Positions 1 through 9,866 of a stretch of 64,000 nucleotides of DNA are shown here, in pieces. Location of the stretch: positions 32,001 to 96,000 of the IMG/VR virus record IMGVR_UViG_3300031257_000001, one strand, 5' to 3'. The position numbers and the translations under genes are program-made. A model generated the notes under the pieces. The model was given only the letters and a program-made list of their open reading frames with translations, searched no databases and was not told where the DNA came from. The DNA comes from a virus. Positions within the stretch are counted from its first letter, which is position 1; each line of letters starts with the position of its first letter.

Positions 1-324
1 GGGGTGGGATTGTGTGAGCTTGTGTACTCATCAGGCGACGGGCAAGCAGCCCGAGCCGACAACAGTAACATCACCACCGCAAATGTCCTCGGGATGGTGG
101 TGGAAAAGCCATCAACAGTCACGGCCACGGTGGCGTATGTAGGCAAGGTTGACGGGTTCGTTGGGTTGACACCGGGCATTGTGATGTTCCTGGGGACCAA
201 CGGCGCCATCATCCCTGCCTCCGCCGGACTCCCGACGGCGCCCGATTCGGTGATTCATCGGGTTGGAATCTGCGTCTCGCCCACAGAATTCATCTTGGCT
301 CCTGGACTTGCAGTGAGGATGTGA
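1..324 (+). CDS. Partial (5'-truncated) virion structural protein, capsid cement/fibre (DUF2190-like) C-terminal domain
   Basis: Frame is open from base 1. Gly/Ala/Val-rich beta domain (VLGMV...GLTPG..FL....G...HRVG.CVS.TEFI) resembles the C-terminus of the 667-2139 protein. Confidence 0.5.
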   Translation, partial: GVGLCELVYSSGDGQAARADNSNITTANVLGMVVEKPSTVTATVAYVGKVDGFVGLTPGIVMFLGTNGAIIPASAGLPTAPDSVIHRVGICVSPTEFILAPGLAVRM

Positions 325-650
325 TGGAGAAACACTACCAACTCACCAAGTACGCGCTGCCATTCGAGCGTGATGGCAAGTTCCAGTTCCGCGTGCGCTT
401 CCATCAAGAGACCGAGGGTGGCGGGCTGCGTGTCAGAGCGCTCAAAGCCTGCCCACTCATCACTGCGCCCTCCGGCGGCGTGGTGTCCACTACAAATCTG
501 ACCGCTCAGCGAATGATCGAGGCGTTCCACGCGCCCAACAACACTCACCGTAACGGCGAGCGCCGGGTGCGCAAGCCGCTGTTCAAGGACGTGACAGCCG
601 CCAACGCCACCGTGGATGTGGACCTGGATGAGGTGTTCGGCACAGCCTAG
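321..650 (+). CDS. Hypothetical phage protein
   Basis: Coupled start overlapping the upstream stop, typical codon usage, followed by the GGAGA RBS of the next gene. Confidence 0.6.
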   Translation: MMEKHYQLTKYALPFERDGKFQFRVRFHQETEGGGLRVRALKACPLITAPSGGVVSTTNLTAQRMIEAFHAPNNTHRNGERRVRKPLFKDVTAANATVDVDLDEVFGTA

Positions 651-666
651 CCTCTGGAGATGCCAA

Positions 667-2139
667 ATGACAGTCGCTCTGAAGATTGACACCACTACTG
701 GTCAGCTGCGCCAGTTTGCCGAGGCAGATGTCTTGGGGATTGATGCCATTGAGCGTCGCTCTGGAAGCGGCAACTTGCTCGTTGGCGGAAACCTTGGTGT
801 CGGTGAGGAATTGGTTCTGGGTTCCACCACAGCCCTAACCCGTATCCTGGGTGACCTGGAAGTGGACGGCTCCGAGACGGTCTCCACCTCTGAAACGGTG
901 GTCGGCCAGTTCACAGCACAGGGCAACGTCCAGTTGGGTGTTGGGGATGATGGCGATCAGATCAACCTCGGATCTGGCACCAATGATGTCGTGACGTTGA
1001 ATGCCGACCTGCGTTTAGGATCGCCTGCAGGTGCGTTGCAAATTGGCACCGGCGTCGGTGAATATCTGGGCAAGTTGTGGTTGGAGAAGATTGGCGACCT
1101 CGGTCCGAATAATGACGCATACAATCTGAATACCAGCGGCGTGGATGCTGGTTCCTATGCCATCGGCGTGGATCCTGCACGTGTGACCAACTCAACAGCG
1201 GCAAATCTGATGGATATGCTTGCTGATCTCGATGGCGCTATCGCCGCTGGGAGTCCGAACCTTCAATCAGCATACACCGCAGGCAACACCATCAATGCGA
1301 CGGCCGCTGATGGCGAGATCCAGTTTGTCAATAGTGCCGATGCGACTGATACGTTGCAAATTCTGCGTGCACCTGTATCGGGGACTGGTGGACGTGGCTT
1401 GTACATTTCGATGGGATCAAGTTGCACCGGTCGCGGACTACAAGTGACCAATGAAGGTTCCGGCGATGCCTTTGCGGTGTTTGATGGTGCTGTTCAAGTA
1501 TTCACAATTGGTGGGAACGGATCCCTGACAGCCAACATGGCGGCGGCAAGCCAGTTGAAAACAACTGTTGGGAATCTGCTGCTTAGTTCAGACGCGGCCG
1601 AACTGCAGCTCAATGACGTGGGCGGTTCGAACATCGAGCTCAGCCAATCTGCCGACAGGACGCTGGATGAGACGGGCGTGGGCGAGGTGTTGGAAGGCGC
1701 CACATCTCTCATCGGCGCAATCAACCGTCTGGCACGGTCAAGCACCGCCGGCGCGGGCAGCATCGATGAAGCCCCGATTCAGGACGGAGTTACCATTGCT
1801 GCCGGAGATGTGGTTTCCCAGTCCACTGTCAGCGGCCGGGTTACCTCAACCACGATGAACAACAACACCAACTCGCGGGTGGTTGGCATCGCGTTGACCG
1901 GCGGGACCGGTGACGCAGGCGGGACCGTGACTAGTCGGTTCGCCCTCCCCGGGACCAAGGTCACCATCTCCGGAGCGGCCTACACGGCCGGTGCGGCGTT
2001 GTTCGCGCCCGAGACTCCCGGCGTACCTGTGGGATCCGGTGCTGCTCCGAGTGATCCTGGCGATGTGCTACAGCGTATCGGATGGGCGCGAAGCCCCACC
2101 GATTTCATCATTGATCTGGGTCTACAAGTCATCCTCTGA
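667..2139 (+). CDS. Putative head fibre/decoration protein
   Basis: ATG at 667 after GGAGA. Gly/Thr/Asp-rich, with an LQSAY..G motif and a C-terminal cement-like domain. N-terminus is paralogous to the 2865 ORF. Confidence 0.55.
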   Translation: MTVALKIDTTTGQLRQFAEADVLGIDAIERRSGSGNLLVGGNLGVGEELVLGSTTALTRILGDLEVDGSETVSTSETVVGQFTAQGNVQLGVGDDGDQINLGSGTNDVVTLNADLRLGSPAGALQIGTGVGEYLGKLWLEKIGDLGPNNDAYNLNTSGVDAGSYAIGVDPARVTNSTAANLMDMLADLDGAIAAGSPNLQSAYTAGNTINATAADGEIQFVNSADATDTLQILRAPVSGTGGRGLYISMGSSCTGRGLQVTNEGSGDAFAVFDGAVQVFTIGGNGSLTANMAAASQLKTTVGNLLLSSDAAELQLNDVGGSNIELSQSADRTLDETGVGEVLEGATSLIGAINRLARSSTAGAGSIDEAPIQDGVTIAAGDVVSQSTVSGRVTSTTMNNNTNSRVVGIALTGGTGDAGGTVTSRFALPGTKVTISGAAYTAGAALFAPETPGVPVGSGAAPSDPGDVLQRIGWARSPTDFIIDLGLQVIL

Positions 2140-2144
2140 GGAAC

Positions 2145-2861
2145 ATGGCAACCAAGAAGCGAACCAAGCGGGCTATCCGCCCGTCCAAGAAGGACGCACC
2201 CGTTGGCGAGGATCATCAGCCTGGTGGGGACGCATCCGCTGCCAACCCTACTTCCAAACAGCCGCAAGCTGTGGCATCGCCAGCAAGGAAGCCAGACCCT
2301 CACGCATCCGAGCGTGAGGCGGCTCGCAAGGCTCGCAAGGAAGCCAAGGAGAATCCCCTGCCAACCAAACCCGAGACTCCGAAGTCAAAGGTGACTGGAA
2401 GGCCGGTGACTCCCAAGGCGGTGTCCGTGGTGACGGACGATCTTCCACCACCGCCGGCGGACCTCGATGCGGCACGCCGGCGCAAATCCGTGGCGGCTGC
2501 GGTGGCCAACCAGGATCCCATAGTATTGGTTCTGGACGAGCGTCTGCGCTACAAGATGGAGGCTATGGATCGGCGTCACAACGAGGCCGTAGACCGCGTC
2601 AAGCAACCCATCCTCCAACTGTTCGCAGATAGGATCAAGACGACAATCCAGAAGGCTGTTGATTCTGACCAGGCGTGCCGTGAATCGCGCCGGGCGCAAA
2701 TCGAATGTGTCAATGAGATCATCGACGCACTGGCCGGTGAGCTCCCCAAGGGGTACGCCATCACTCTCATCGAGGGTGAGAATGGGCAAGCTCGTGCTGA
2801 GTTTGCGCCCGACCAAGTGGGCAAGAAACTGCCGGTGCCCGAGCCACTGGCCAAGGAGTAA
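2145..2861 (+). CDS. Hypothetical protein (Lys/Pro-rich disordered N-terminus, helical C-terminus)
   Basis: GAGGA RBS, in operon. Confidence 0.65.
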   Translation: MATKKRTKRAIRPSKKDAPVGEDHQPGGDASAANPTSKQPQAVASPARKPDPHASEREAARKARKEAKENPLPTKPETPKSKVTGRPVTPKAVSVVTDDLPPPPADLDAARRRKSVAAAVANQDPIVLVLDERLRYKMEAMDRRHNEAVDRVKQPILQLFADRIKTTIQKAVDSDQACRESRRAQIECVNEIIDALAGELPKGYAITLIEGENGQARAEFAPDQVGKKLPVPEPLAKE

Positions 2862-2864
2862 GGC

Positions 2865-3899
2865 ATGGCAGTCGCGCTGAGGAATGGCGCGAGCGGCGCA
2901 CTGGAGCAGTTCAAGTCTGGTGAATCATTACAGATTGACCAACTTGAACGGCTAGCTGGTTCCGGACATCTGGTCATTGGTTCCGCACTTGGTGCAACCG
3001 ATGAACTACAGTTGGGGTCGGTCGCTTCGGTGGTGCGTATCCTTGGCGACTTTGATGTTGACGGCGCTATGGCTGGCGACCTCGACATGAACGGGAACGA
3101 CATCCTGAACGCGGGAAATTTGGTGACCATGGTGTTCGGCCGGGTCGGGAGCGTTTCTGCTGCCGCCAGCGACTATGATGCCAGCCAAGTTGACAACGAT
3201 TCCAGCGTGCCCGGGACATACGTGGACAATGCGTTGGATACTCTTTTGTCTGCAGTTAGCGCATGCGCCCCGGAATCTAGGAGCCTGACAGCCGGAGCAG
3301 GCCTAACGGGTGGTGGCAATCTCAGTGCTGATCGGACGTTCGATGTGGTCGCCAACGCGGATGGATCTGTGGTCGTCAACGCGGATGACATCCAGGTTGG
3401 TGTGTTGGCTTCGGACGTTCAACACGGGGCTAGGGGCGGAGGCATCCAACATGCGGTGGTAAGTGGTTCTGCTGCTGGATTTGCACCCACCGTGAGTTCC
3501 ATTGCCGGTGCTTTGGCGTATTCCACTAGCAGCGCCCAGGCATATGCAGCAGTGTTGAGGGCCATATTGTCGCCCGCAGCGTTGGAGATTGGTGCTTCAG
3601 GAGCTGTGGCGACCAGCGGAGCTTTGCGCTTTGCCAAAGACAATTCGCTATTAGCAGCACTCAATGAAGCTGAAGATGGTATCGTCAAGATGATCGAAAA
3701 GGATCCATCAAGCGATGCCGTCAACATTGGGCCTGGCGCATCTGATATCGTCCGGATAGGCGACGTGTACATTGAAGTGCTGGAAGCGTCGGGCCATCCA
3801 GCAGCACCAACAGACGATGCCATCAGGTTGTACACACTGTCATCTGGAACAGAGTTTTGGGCTGTGAAAAAAGGCGGGGATAGAGTTCAATTGGTTTGA
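2865..3899 (+). CDS. Putative head/tail fibre protein
   Basis: AAGGAG RBS. Fibre-like motifs (GDLDMNGNDI, VFGRVGSV, TAGAGLTGGGNLSADRT). Confidence 0.55.
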   Translation: MAVALRNGASGALEQFKSGESLQIDQLERLAGSGHLVIGSALGATDELQLGSVASVVRILGDFDVDGAMAGDLDMNGNDILNAGNLVTMVFGRVGSVSAAASDYDASQVDNDSSVPGTYVDNALDTLLSAVSACAPESRSLTAGAGLTGGGNLSADRTFDVVANADGSVVVNADDIQVGVLASDVQHGARGGGIQHAVVSGSAAGFAPTVSSIAGALAYSTSSAQAYAAVLRAILSPAALEIGASGAVATSGALRFAKDNSLLAALNEAEDGIVKMIEKDPSSDAVNIGPGASDIVRIGDVYIEVLEASGHPAAPTDDAIRLYTLSSGTEFWAVKKGGDRVQLV

Positions 3900-3902
3900 A
3901 TC

Positions 3903-4292
3903 ATGTCTGCACACAAGATACTTGACGGACCATTTTCACTGGTCACAGAAAGCACGGCCTTGGTGACCATAGCAACACTGGACGAGGACAGCTTGGGGCA
4001 TGGTTTGCTCACCGATAACTATGTGGTCGGAATTGATGTTTGGTTGGTGTCAAGGGCGACAAGTGGAGACTATGGTGGGTATGTCAAAGGTGCAATTGAG
4101 ATAGTCCGAAACGGTGGAAACATTGAGGAACTTGGGTACAGCCTTGAGAAAGCCATGGGTGGCGTCCACCCAGTAATCACAGTGGCTGATGGTGACCCCG
4201 ATGTTTTGGTGCAAATCACTCCAGATTCTGCAATAGAAACTACGCATCGGGTGTGGCTGGAACTGCGAGGGCAGGATGATGTGCCGCCGTAG
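3903..4292 (+). CDS. Hypothetical structural protein
   Basis: In-operon ORF, beta-rich. Confidence 0.5.
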   Translation: MSAHKILDGPFSLVTESTALVTIATLDEDSLGHGLLTDNYVVGIDVWLVSRATSGDYGGYVKGAIEIVRNGGNIEELGYSLEKAMGGVHPVITVADGDPDVLVQITPDSAIETTHRVWLELRGQDDVPP

Positions 4293-5049
4293 CAATCCGA
4301 CAATCTGGGCATTGTGTGCTCTCTCGCGACCACACGAACTGCCTCGTGTGATGCACGAGTTTGAGCAGCAGACGTACCCGAACAAGATGATCGCGATCAT
4401 CGAGAACAAAGATGGTATCGGTGCGTGTGAGAGGTTTGGGATTGTTCCAGACCTGCTGCTTCATTCCGAGCCACACCAAGCAATCGCAAAAAATGCTGGG
4501 CTGAACGCGATTCGTGATCTTGCTGATTCGGGTGATTGGTGGGCAACATGGGATGACGATGATTGCAACGGCCCCGGTCGACTTGCTGAGTTGGCGGAGT
4601 CTATTGGCCACACAGATGTGCTTGGCAAATCAAGCTTCTTTATGCGAATGCGGGACGGTCGTTTGCTGAAATTCACACGTCCATACAGGCGATTGTGGGG
4701 CAGCACCTTGTCTGCTAAATTGGGCATTGAAGTGGAATTCAGAAACACAGGAAGGTGGGGAGAGGATGAGGATTGGCTCTGTAGGGTGGAAAGGCTTGGA
4801 TTCAAGATTGGCACGTTATCACCTTGGCACTTCATAGTCAATCGTAGCATGCGAAACCATGCATGGTGTGTCAGCGATGACAATGCCATCAATTGTATCG
4901 CTGGCGGTAGGCCTGACGTTGTTGTCCAAGATTATGGCAATGTGAGTGCAGATTTTGCGCTTTTTGGTTGTGATGAGCCGCCTAGCAAGCCACTGGCTGT
5001 GGCTGAATATGATTGGGAATTGTCACTTGCTGAGGCCAGATCTGCATGA
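4276..5049 (+). CDS. GT-A fold (GT2-like) glycosyltransferase
   Basis: FEQQTYP, AKNAGL, WDDDD (DxD) and GEDEDW motifs typical of GT2. Confidence 0.7.
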   Translation: MMCRRSNPTIWALCALSRPHELPRVMHEFEQQTYPNKMIAIIENKDGIGACERFGIVPDLLLHSEPHQAIAKNAGLNAIRDLADSGDWWATWDDDDCNGPGRLAELAESIGHTDVLGKSSFFMRMRDGRLLKFTRPYRRLWGSTLSAKLGIEVEFRNTGRWGEDEDWLCRVERLGFKIGTLSPWHFIVNRSMRNHAWCVSDDNAINCIAGGRPDVVVQDYGNVSADFALFGCDEPPSKPLAVAEYDWELSLAEARSA

Positions 5050-6224
5050 TCAAGCTGAAATCTTTGACGGGGTTGAGGAGCGGTACGCACTTTAAGAGTA
5101 CCACATTCTCTTCCTTCGGCACCGTCGCCGCCCACTGGAACCTGGGCGACCCGGACGACGTTGACTATCAGGGGCCGACCGGGGAACTACTGACTAACGG
5201 AGACGTTGAAACTGGCGACACCACAGGGTGGTTGCCCAGCCCTAACGCTACGCTGAGCGTGGAAAACAGCGATCCGTATGAAGGTAACTGGAACCTAAAG
5301 ATTTTGAATGACGGCGGCACGGATCAGTATGCCCGCCAAGCGTGCAACTGTGTGACTGGGGCTACGTACTATCACTCCGGGGTGATGCGCTCGGACGGTA
5401 CTGGGGATCCACGAGTAGTGAATGGCGGCATAACTAGGTTCGACGGCGAGCCGATCGCGTCATGGCAAGACTCTGCGTGTATTTTTAAGGCAGCGGCTGC
5501 TCCAATAATCTATCAATGTCATTGGCAAGACGGAACGTATGTAGAGTGCGACGCAAATTCGTTGAACGAATGCCCGGGCATCGCCAAGTGCAACAACCTC
5601 GTGAATCCCGGCACCTATGACCTGGTGCAAGCGACGGTCGCAAATCAGGGTACGCTGCAGCCGAACTGGGGCGGGGCCGGCGGGCTTGACTGTGGTGGCA
5701 CGGACGGGACAGATGACTACTGGACGGCTGACGCATTGGCGGCCGCGGTGTTCAGCGGCGATGATCGGGCGTGGACAATAGCTATTGCTTTTGAGCACAC
5801 AACTAGCGGCGCAGTCCAAGCTCTCTGGTCGACTGGCAATTCTGGAGATGCAGCGAACAACCTAATGTGGTTGAGCGTTTCCGCTGCCAACGTGCTGGAG
5901 GTGTCGAAAAAAGACAATGTCGGCACGCTCAAAACCGTTACGATTAAAACCGGCTTGTCTGTTGGTAGGCACGTTCTCGTACTGCGTTGCACTGGCACAC
6001 AGATATACGGCGTTTTGGACGGCGTCGTGGAAGTTGCGGCAGGTGATTTTGACGTTGGGACGATATCGCTCGATCGCATGACCCTGAATGCGCGGCGGTG
6101 GACAACGGTTGGCTACCAAGGGGCCCTGTCTTATCGAGATTGTGTGATCTATTCGGAAGACATCGGGGCGGGGCCGGCATTGAGTTGCACGGCGCTTCTC
6201 GAGTCAAGGAGTCCCATCGCATGA
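5046..6224 (+). CDS. Carbohydrate-binding module plus LamG/concanavalin-like virion protein
   Basis: ELLTNGDVETG..GW (CBM-like) followed by a LamG-like region (RHVLVL.....IYGVLDG; DCVIYS). Confidence 0.55.
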   Translation: MIKLKSLTGLRSGTHFKSTTFSSFGTVAAHWNLGDPDDVDYQGPTGELLTNGDVETGDTTGWLPSPNATLSVENSDPYEGNWNLKILNDGGTDQYARQACNCVTGATYYHSGVMRSDGTGDPRVVNGGITRFDGEPIASWQDSACIFKAAAAPIIYQCHWQDGTYVECDANSLNECPGIAKCNNLVNPGTYDLVQATVANQGTLQPNWGGAGGLDCGGTDGTDDYWTADALAAAVFSGDDRAWTIAIAFEHTTSGAVQALWSTGNSGDAANNLMWLSVSAANVLEVSKKDNVGTLKTVTIKTGLSVGRHVLVLRCTGTQIYGVLDGVVEVAAGDFDVGTISLDRMTLNARRWTTVGYQGALSYRDCVIYSEDIGAGPALSCTALLESRSPIA

Positions 6225-6601
6225 GGAAGCTAATTGCTCTCACTCGCAAGGCGCTTGAGCCAGCGCAGGCCGCGCAGGACAAGGCACATGGGCTGCCGCG
6301 GTCCGCGGTGCATCCGCGCACGTTGCTGCCCACCGGATTCTTGGTCGAGCACCAGGAAGCGATCGAGTCGAACGCCGACGGCAAGGTGTTCGGGCTCCGA
6401 ATTTGGGAAGCACAAGACGGCGAGGGCGCTGGCACCGGCCAGCCGCGCATCATGCCGAAGTGTGCGATCGATGCTGCCGAGTGCAGCGAGCTCGCGGCTG
6501 GAATCGTGAAACAGAAGGCCGCGCCGGACTGGAATCCAGAGACGATCAAGCCGGAGGATGTGGCCGCGGTCGAGGCTGTGGAACTGGAGACTGAACGATG
6601 A
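6221..6601 (+). CDS. Hypothetical protein
   Basis: ATGA overlap at 6221 with AAGGAG upstream. Confidence 0.55.
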   Translation: MRKLIALTRKALEPAQAAQDKAHGLPRSAVHPRTLLPTGFLVEHQEAIESNADGKVFGLRIWEAQDGEGAGTGQPRIMPKCAIDAAECSELAAGIVKQKAAPDWNPETIKPEDVAAVEAVELETER

Positions 6602-6688
6602 CCGCAATCAAACTCCACGCCACCGCCGCATGGCCCTACCTTGCCTGAGAACCTTTGCTTCCAGCCAGGTTGCAGCGAGGATTAGGGT

Positions 6689-6961
6689 GTGTCCGCCGAA
6701 GTCATCAGACGCTTAGTGGAGACCCCGAATGGGGTCAGGACCACGTTCACAACGCAGGATCCGTTCGCAGCCGGAAGTTTCCGGTTGGTCAGGAACGGGG
6801 ACACATACGAGCCAGACGATGACCGTTTTGGCTGGAGCGAGACGGACCAACAGACGGTGGAGCTCATCGAGGCGCCCGAGACGGGTGAAGTGCTCCAAGG
6901 CTTCTACACATTGCTGACGTCGTGCGGCACGCCGTTCGACCCCGGAGGTACAATCCCGTGA
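6689..6961 (+). CDS. Small virion protein
   Basis: TPNGVRTTFTT...RNG beta-sandwich motif seen in phage structural proteins. Confidence 0.5.
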   Translation: MSAEVIRRLVETPNGVRTTFTTQDPFAAGSFRLVRNGDTYEPDDDRFGWSETDQQTVELIEAPETGEVLQGFYTLLTSCGTPFDPGGTIP

Positions 6962-7359
6962 CCGACACCGTGAAGATGGATGTGATTGTGCGCAAGGACT
7001 TCCCGCTGTTCACCGGCGAGTCCGTGCGCGACGCCAGCAAGAAGCTGGTGGCAGCCGGCCGCGACTTCCTGCTCAAAAAGCTCAACCTCACCGAGAAGTC
7101 TGCTGGGGTGTACATGGTGGAGGCATTCTCCACGGCCGGCGTGTTCGAGGTGTACCGCAGGGACACCGACGCTCCCTGTCAATTCTTCGCGGCCACGTTC
7201 AAGCGCGACGATGACGGCAACTTTGAGTTCGGCACGGCCCAAGAAGTGGAGCGCGTGACCAGCTTCCAGCCCAAGCAGGGAGCCGCCACACCCACGCTGA
7301 AGTCGGGGCTCCCCGGCTGGCCCGAAGTCACAAAGAGCATGTGGTCAGGAGTGATCTGA
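6958..7359 (+). CDS. Hypothetical protein
   Basis: GTGA overlap with GGAGGT RBS, good codon usage. Confidence 0.6.
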   Translation: MTDTVKMDVIVRKDFPLFTGESVRDASKKLVAAGRDFLLKKLNLTEKSAGVYMVEAFSTAGVFEVYRRDTDAPCQFFAATFKRDDDGNFEFGTAQEVERVTSFQPKQGAATPTLKSGLPGWPEVTKSMWSGVI

Positions 7360-7360
7360 A

Positions 7361-8467
7361 TTGCCGACCATTGCGAGAGGCGACCGGAACACAACCAGCG
7401 TCATCAACTGGTTTGTGCTGCTTGAGGGGGCCCCCTATGACCCCTTTGAGGTCGGCTTTCGCATCATCGACATCACGGCCGGCCTCCCCGGCACCCAGAT
7501 CTTCCCGGCAACTTCGGGTGACTATGAGATCATCACCATTGCCGGCCAATTCCAGGTCGGCGCGTGGTACGCATTCAGCATCGCGGACGGGGCCGGTTGG
7601 GAATGCCCGCTGGCGGCCAACCTTGGGACGCACCGCACCATCTGGCGGTGGCGAGACTACGCCGGCGGGCCGTACCTGTATGGACGTGAGGACTTCACGG
7701 TGGTGTCCTCCGGGGCGACCGGCGGTGACCCGCTGTACTGCTCGGTGGATGACATCCGATCCTACGGTCTGACCGACCCGCCCTACACGGACGACATGAT
7801 TGAGGTGGCCATCCGCCTGTGGCAGGCGTTCATCGAGCGGGTCTGCCGCCAATGGTTCTATCCCAAGGATCTTGAGTTCTGGGTGGACGGGACCGACTCC
7901 GATGCGCTCCACTTTGGGGTCCCCATCATCTCCATCGATGAGCTGCGCCTCAACGACTGCCCGGCTCCGTTGGAGACCACCGCGTACAAGGTGTACAGCT
8001 CCAGGGATTATCCAGTTGATCGCCAGAATCCTCGCATCAAGCTCGTGGACTCGTGGGCGGAGCAACGCGACATCTACACCGCGCCCGACCGCCTAGGCCG
8101 GCGCTTGTTTCGGAAGGGCCGCCAAAACCAGTACATCAGTGGGACGTTCGGCTACACAGAGGAAGATGGATCTGTCCCGCTGCTGATCAAGCGAGCACTC
8201 TGCAAACTTGTGGTGGAGAAACTCACCCACCCCATCTACCAGGACCCGGCCGCTCCGGGAATCACGCCTCCAGCCCTAGTGAGCGGCATCGTCACCGAGG
8301 AATGGACAGACGGACACAAGTTGAAGTACGCACAGAGCGGAGGCCAGCTCAATCCGCGGGCCCCGGGCCTTGCCGGAATCACAGATGACCAGGAGATTCT
8401 CGGAATCCTTCGGTTGTTCCGTGCTCCCATTGGCATTGCCACCCCTGCTCATCCGTCGTTCCGCTGA
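7361..8467 (+). CDS. Head-tail adaptor/connector with extra N-terminal domain
   Basis: YCSVDDIR...FIERVCRQWF...G.QN..ISG.FGY...VP.LIKRA pattern of head-tail adaptors. Confidence 0.65.
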   Translation: MPTIARGDRNTTSVINWFVLLEGAPYDPFEVGFRIIDITAGLPGTQIFPATSGDYEIITIAGQFQVGAWYAFSIADGAGWECPLAANLGTHRTIWRWRDYAGGPYLYGREDFTVVSSGATGGDPLYCSVDDIRSYGLTDPPYTDDMIEVAIRLWQAFIERVCRQWFYPKDLEFWVDGTDSDALHFGVPIISIDELRLNDCPAPLETTAYKVYSSRDYPVDRQNPRIKLVDSWAEQRDIYTAPDRLGRRLFRKGRQNQYISGTFGYTEEDGSVPLLIKRALCKLVVEKLTHPIYQDPAAPGITPPALVSGIVTEEWTDGHKLKYAQSGGQLNPRAPGLAGITDDQEILGILRLFRAPIGIATPAHPSFR

Positions 8468-8471
8468 TGCC

Positions 8472-8807
8472 ATGACGTACATCTATGCGTTGCTTGATCC
8501 CAATACGGACGCAATACGTTATGTGGGCAAAACTTCAAGGGAAGTTGAAAAGCGTTTTGCTGAACACATTTCCGAAGCGCGTGCTGGATTGGAACATTCC
8601 CCAAAATCTAAGCACAAAATGTCCATTGCTGCAAAGGCTAGGTTGGCGCGAGGAGATTCACCGCTATGCAGTAGAAAACACCAACAGATGGCTAGTGCCA
8701 AAAGCACCAAAGGCAAGGGCAGGAAGATAGGGCCGACAGAATTGTTGGCAATGTCAGAACGTGCAAAGCTACAATGGGCAGAAAGGGAACGTATTGCCCG
8801 CGCCTAA
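8472..8807 (+). mobile_element. Short, probably degenerate GIY-YIG homing endonuclease gene with NUMOD3-like segment
   Basis: MTYIYALLDP...RYVGKT....KRF.EH then HSPKSKHKMS. Lower GC than flanks; only 111 aa. Confidence 0.7.
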
Positions 8808-9222
8808 CCTCATCCATCCCATCCCAGTTCAGATTGAGCCGCTTCAGCGGGCCCAGTCGCTGGTGGATGATGACTTCAGGGAACCGATTCAGCAAGCCGT
8901 CCGCTCACCGAGGGCCACTGTTCCAGGGCAGATCAAGTGGACCAGCGACGAGCAGTTGCGTGTGACGGATGCGGGCACGCAGAAAGGCGCCGATGGCTAT
9001 GTGTTGTTCAGACGCTGCGACCTCCGAGCCGCCGGGCTGAATGAGATTCACCAGTCCGACCGCTTTGTGGCCATCGGCGCCGGAGCGAACACCACCGAGG
9101 TGGATCTGTACGTGGTGCGTGTTCAACAGATGGGCCACTATCCGGACCAGGGCGGAGGCAGCCTGGTGCGCGCCTGGTTCAAGGATCGCCAGCCATCCAA
9201 GCAGACCCGCGGAGGGAAGTGA
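8794..9222 (+). CDS. Head closure/head-tail joining protein
   Basis: Position after the adaptor; DDDFREP motif; TTG start proposed. Confidence 0.55.
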   Translation: MPAPNLIHPIPVQIEPLQRAQSLVDDDFREPIQQAVRSPRATVPGQIKWTSDEQLRVTDAGTQKGADGYVLFRRCDLRAAGLNEIHQSDRFVAIGAGANTTEVDLYVVRVQQMGHYPDQGGGSLVRAWFKDRQPSKQTRGGK

Positions 9223-9866
9223 TGGCAACCGAAGGCATCCAGATCAAGTTCCGTGGCATCAAGAAGTGGCGTGGCGCTCTCAAGGCGCCTGCGTTCAGAT
9301 CTGCGCTGACTCAGAATCTCAAGAAGGCGACCATGATCAACGCCAAGCGGGCGAGCGCCAAGCAGCGCTCACTCATCCAGGGCTCGACCGGGCTTCAGCG
9401 GAGCGCGGCCCTGACCGTCGCCCTCAAGGGCGAAGACAAGCCGCTTGTGGGCGACGGATCGCTGTTCCAGGCCATCACCGAGCGCGATGTGTCCAAGGGC
9501 CAAAGCATCGAGGTGTTCTCGGGCGTGCTCAGGACCAGCGATGACTACAACATCGGCAAGGCGGTCCACGACGGGATCACCCTCCGAGTCACGGAGGCGA
9601 TGCGCGGCCTGTTCTTCATGCTGTGGGTGGCCTCGGAACGCGCCCGCGAGGGGAAGCCACTGCCCAAGCTTCACGGCCGTGCCGAGGAGCTGTTTGGCAT
9701 GTACCAACACTGGCTTCCGTTGTCGCCCGGCACCAAGGCCATCAACATCCCGCCCCGGAGGTGGATTGACATGGCGTTCAAGGATCCCGGACTCAAGCGC
9801 GAGTGCGAGCGCAATTGGCAGCAGGCCATCCAGCAGACGATGCGTGAAAGGGTGCGTCGCTCATGA
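9219..9866 (+). CDS. Neck/tail completion protein (HK97 gp10/Mu gpG-like)
   Basis: KPLV.DG.L..AI, AVHDG and IPPRRWI motifs. Confidence 0.65.
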   Translation: MMATEGIQIKFRGIKKWRGALKAPAFRSALTQNLKKATMINAKRASAKQRSLIQGSTGLQRSAALTVALKGEDKPLVGDGSLFQAITERDVSKGQSIEVFSGVLRTSDDYNIGKAVHDGITLRVTEAMRGLFFMLWVASERAREGKPLPKLHGRAEELFGMYQHWLPLSPGTKAINIPPRRWIDMAFKDPGLKRECERNWQQAIQQTMRERVRRS

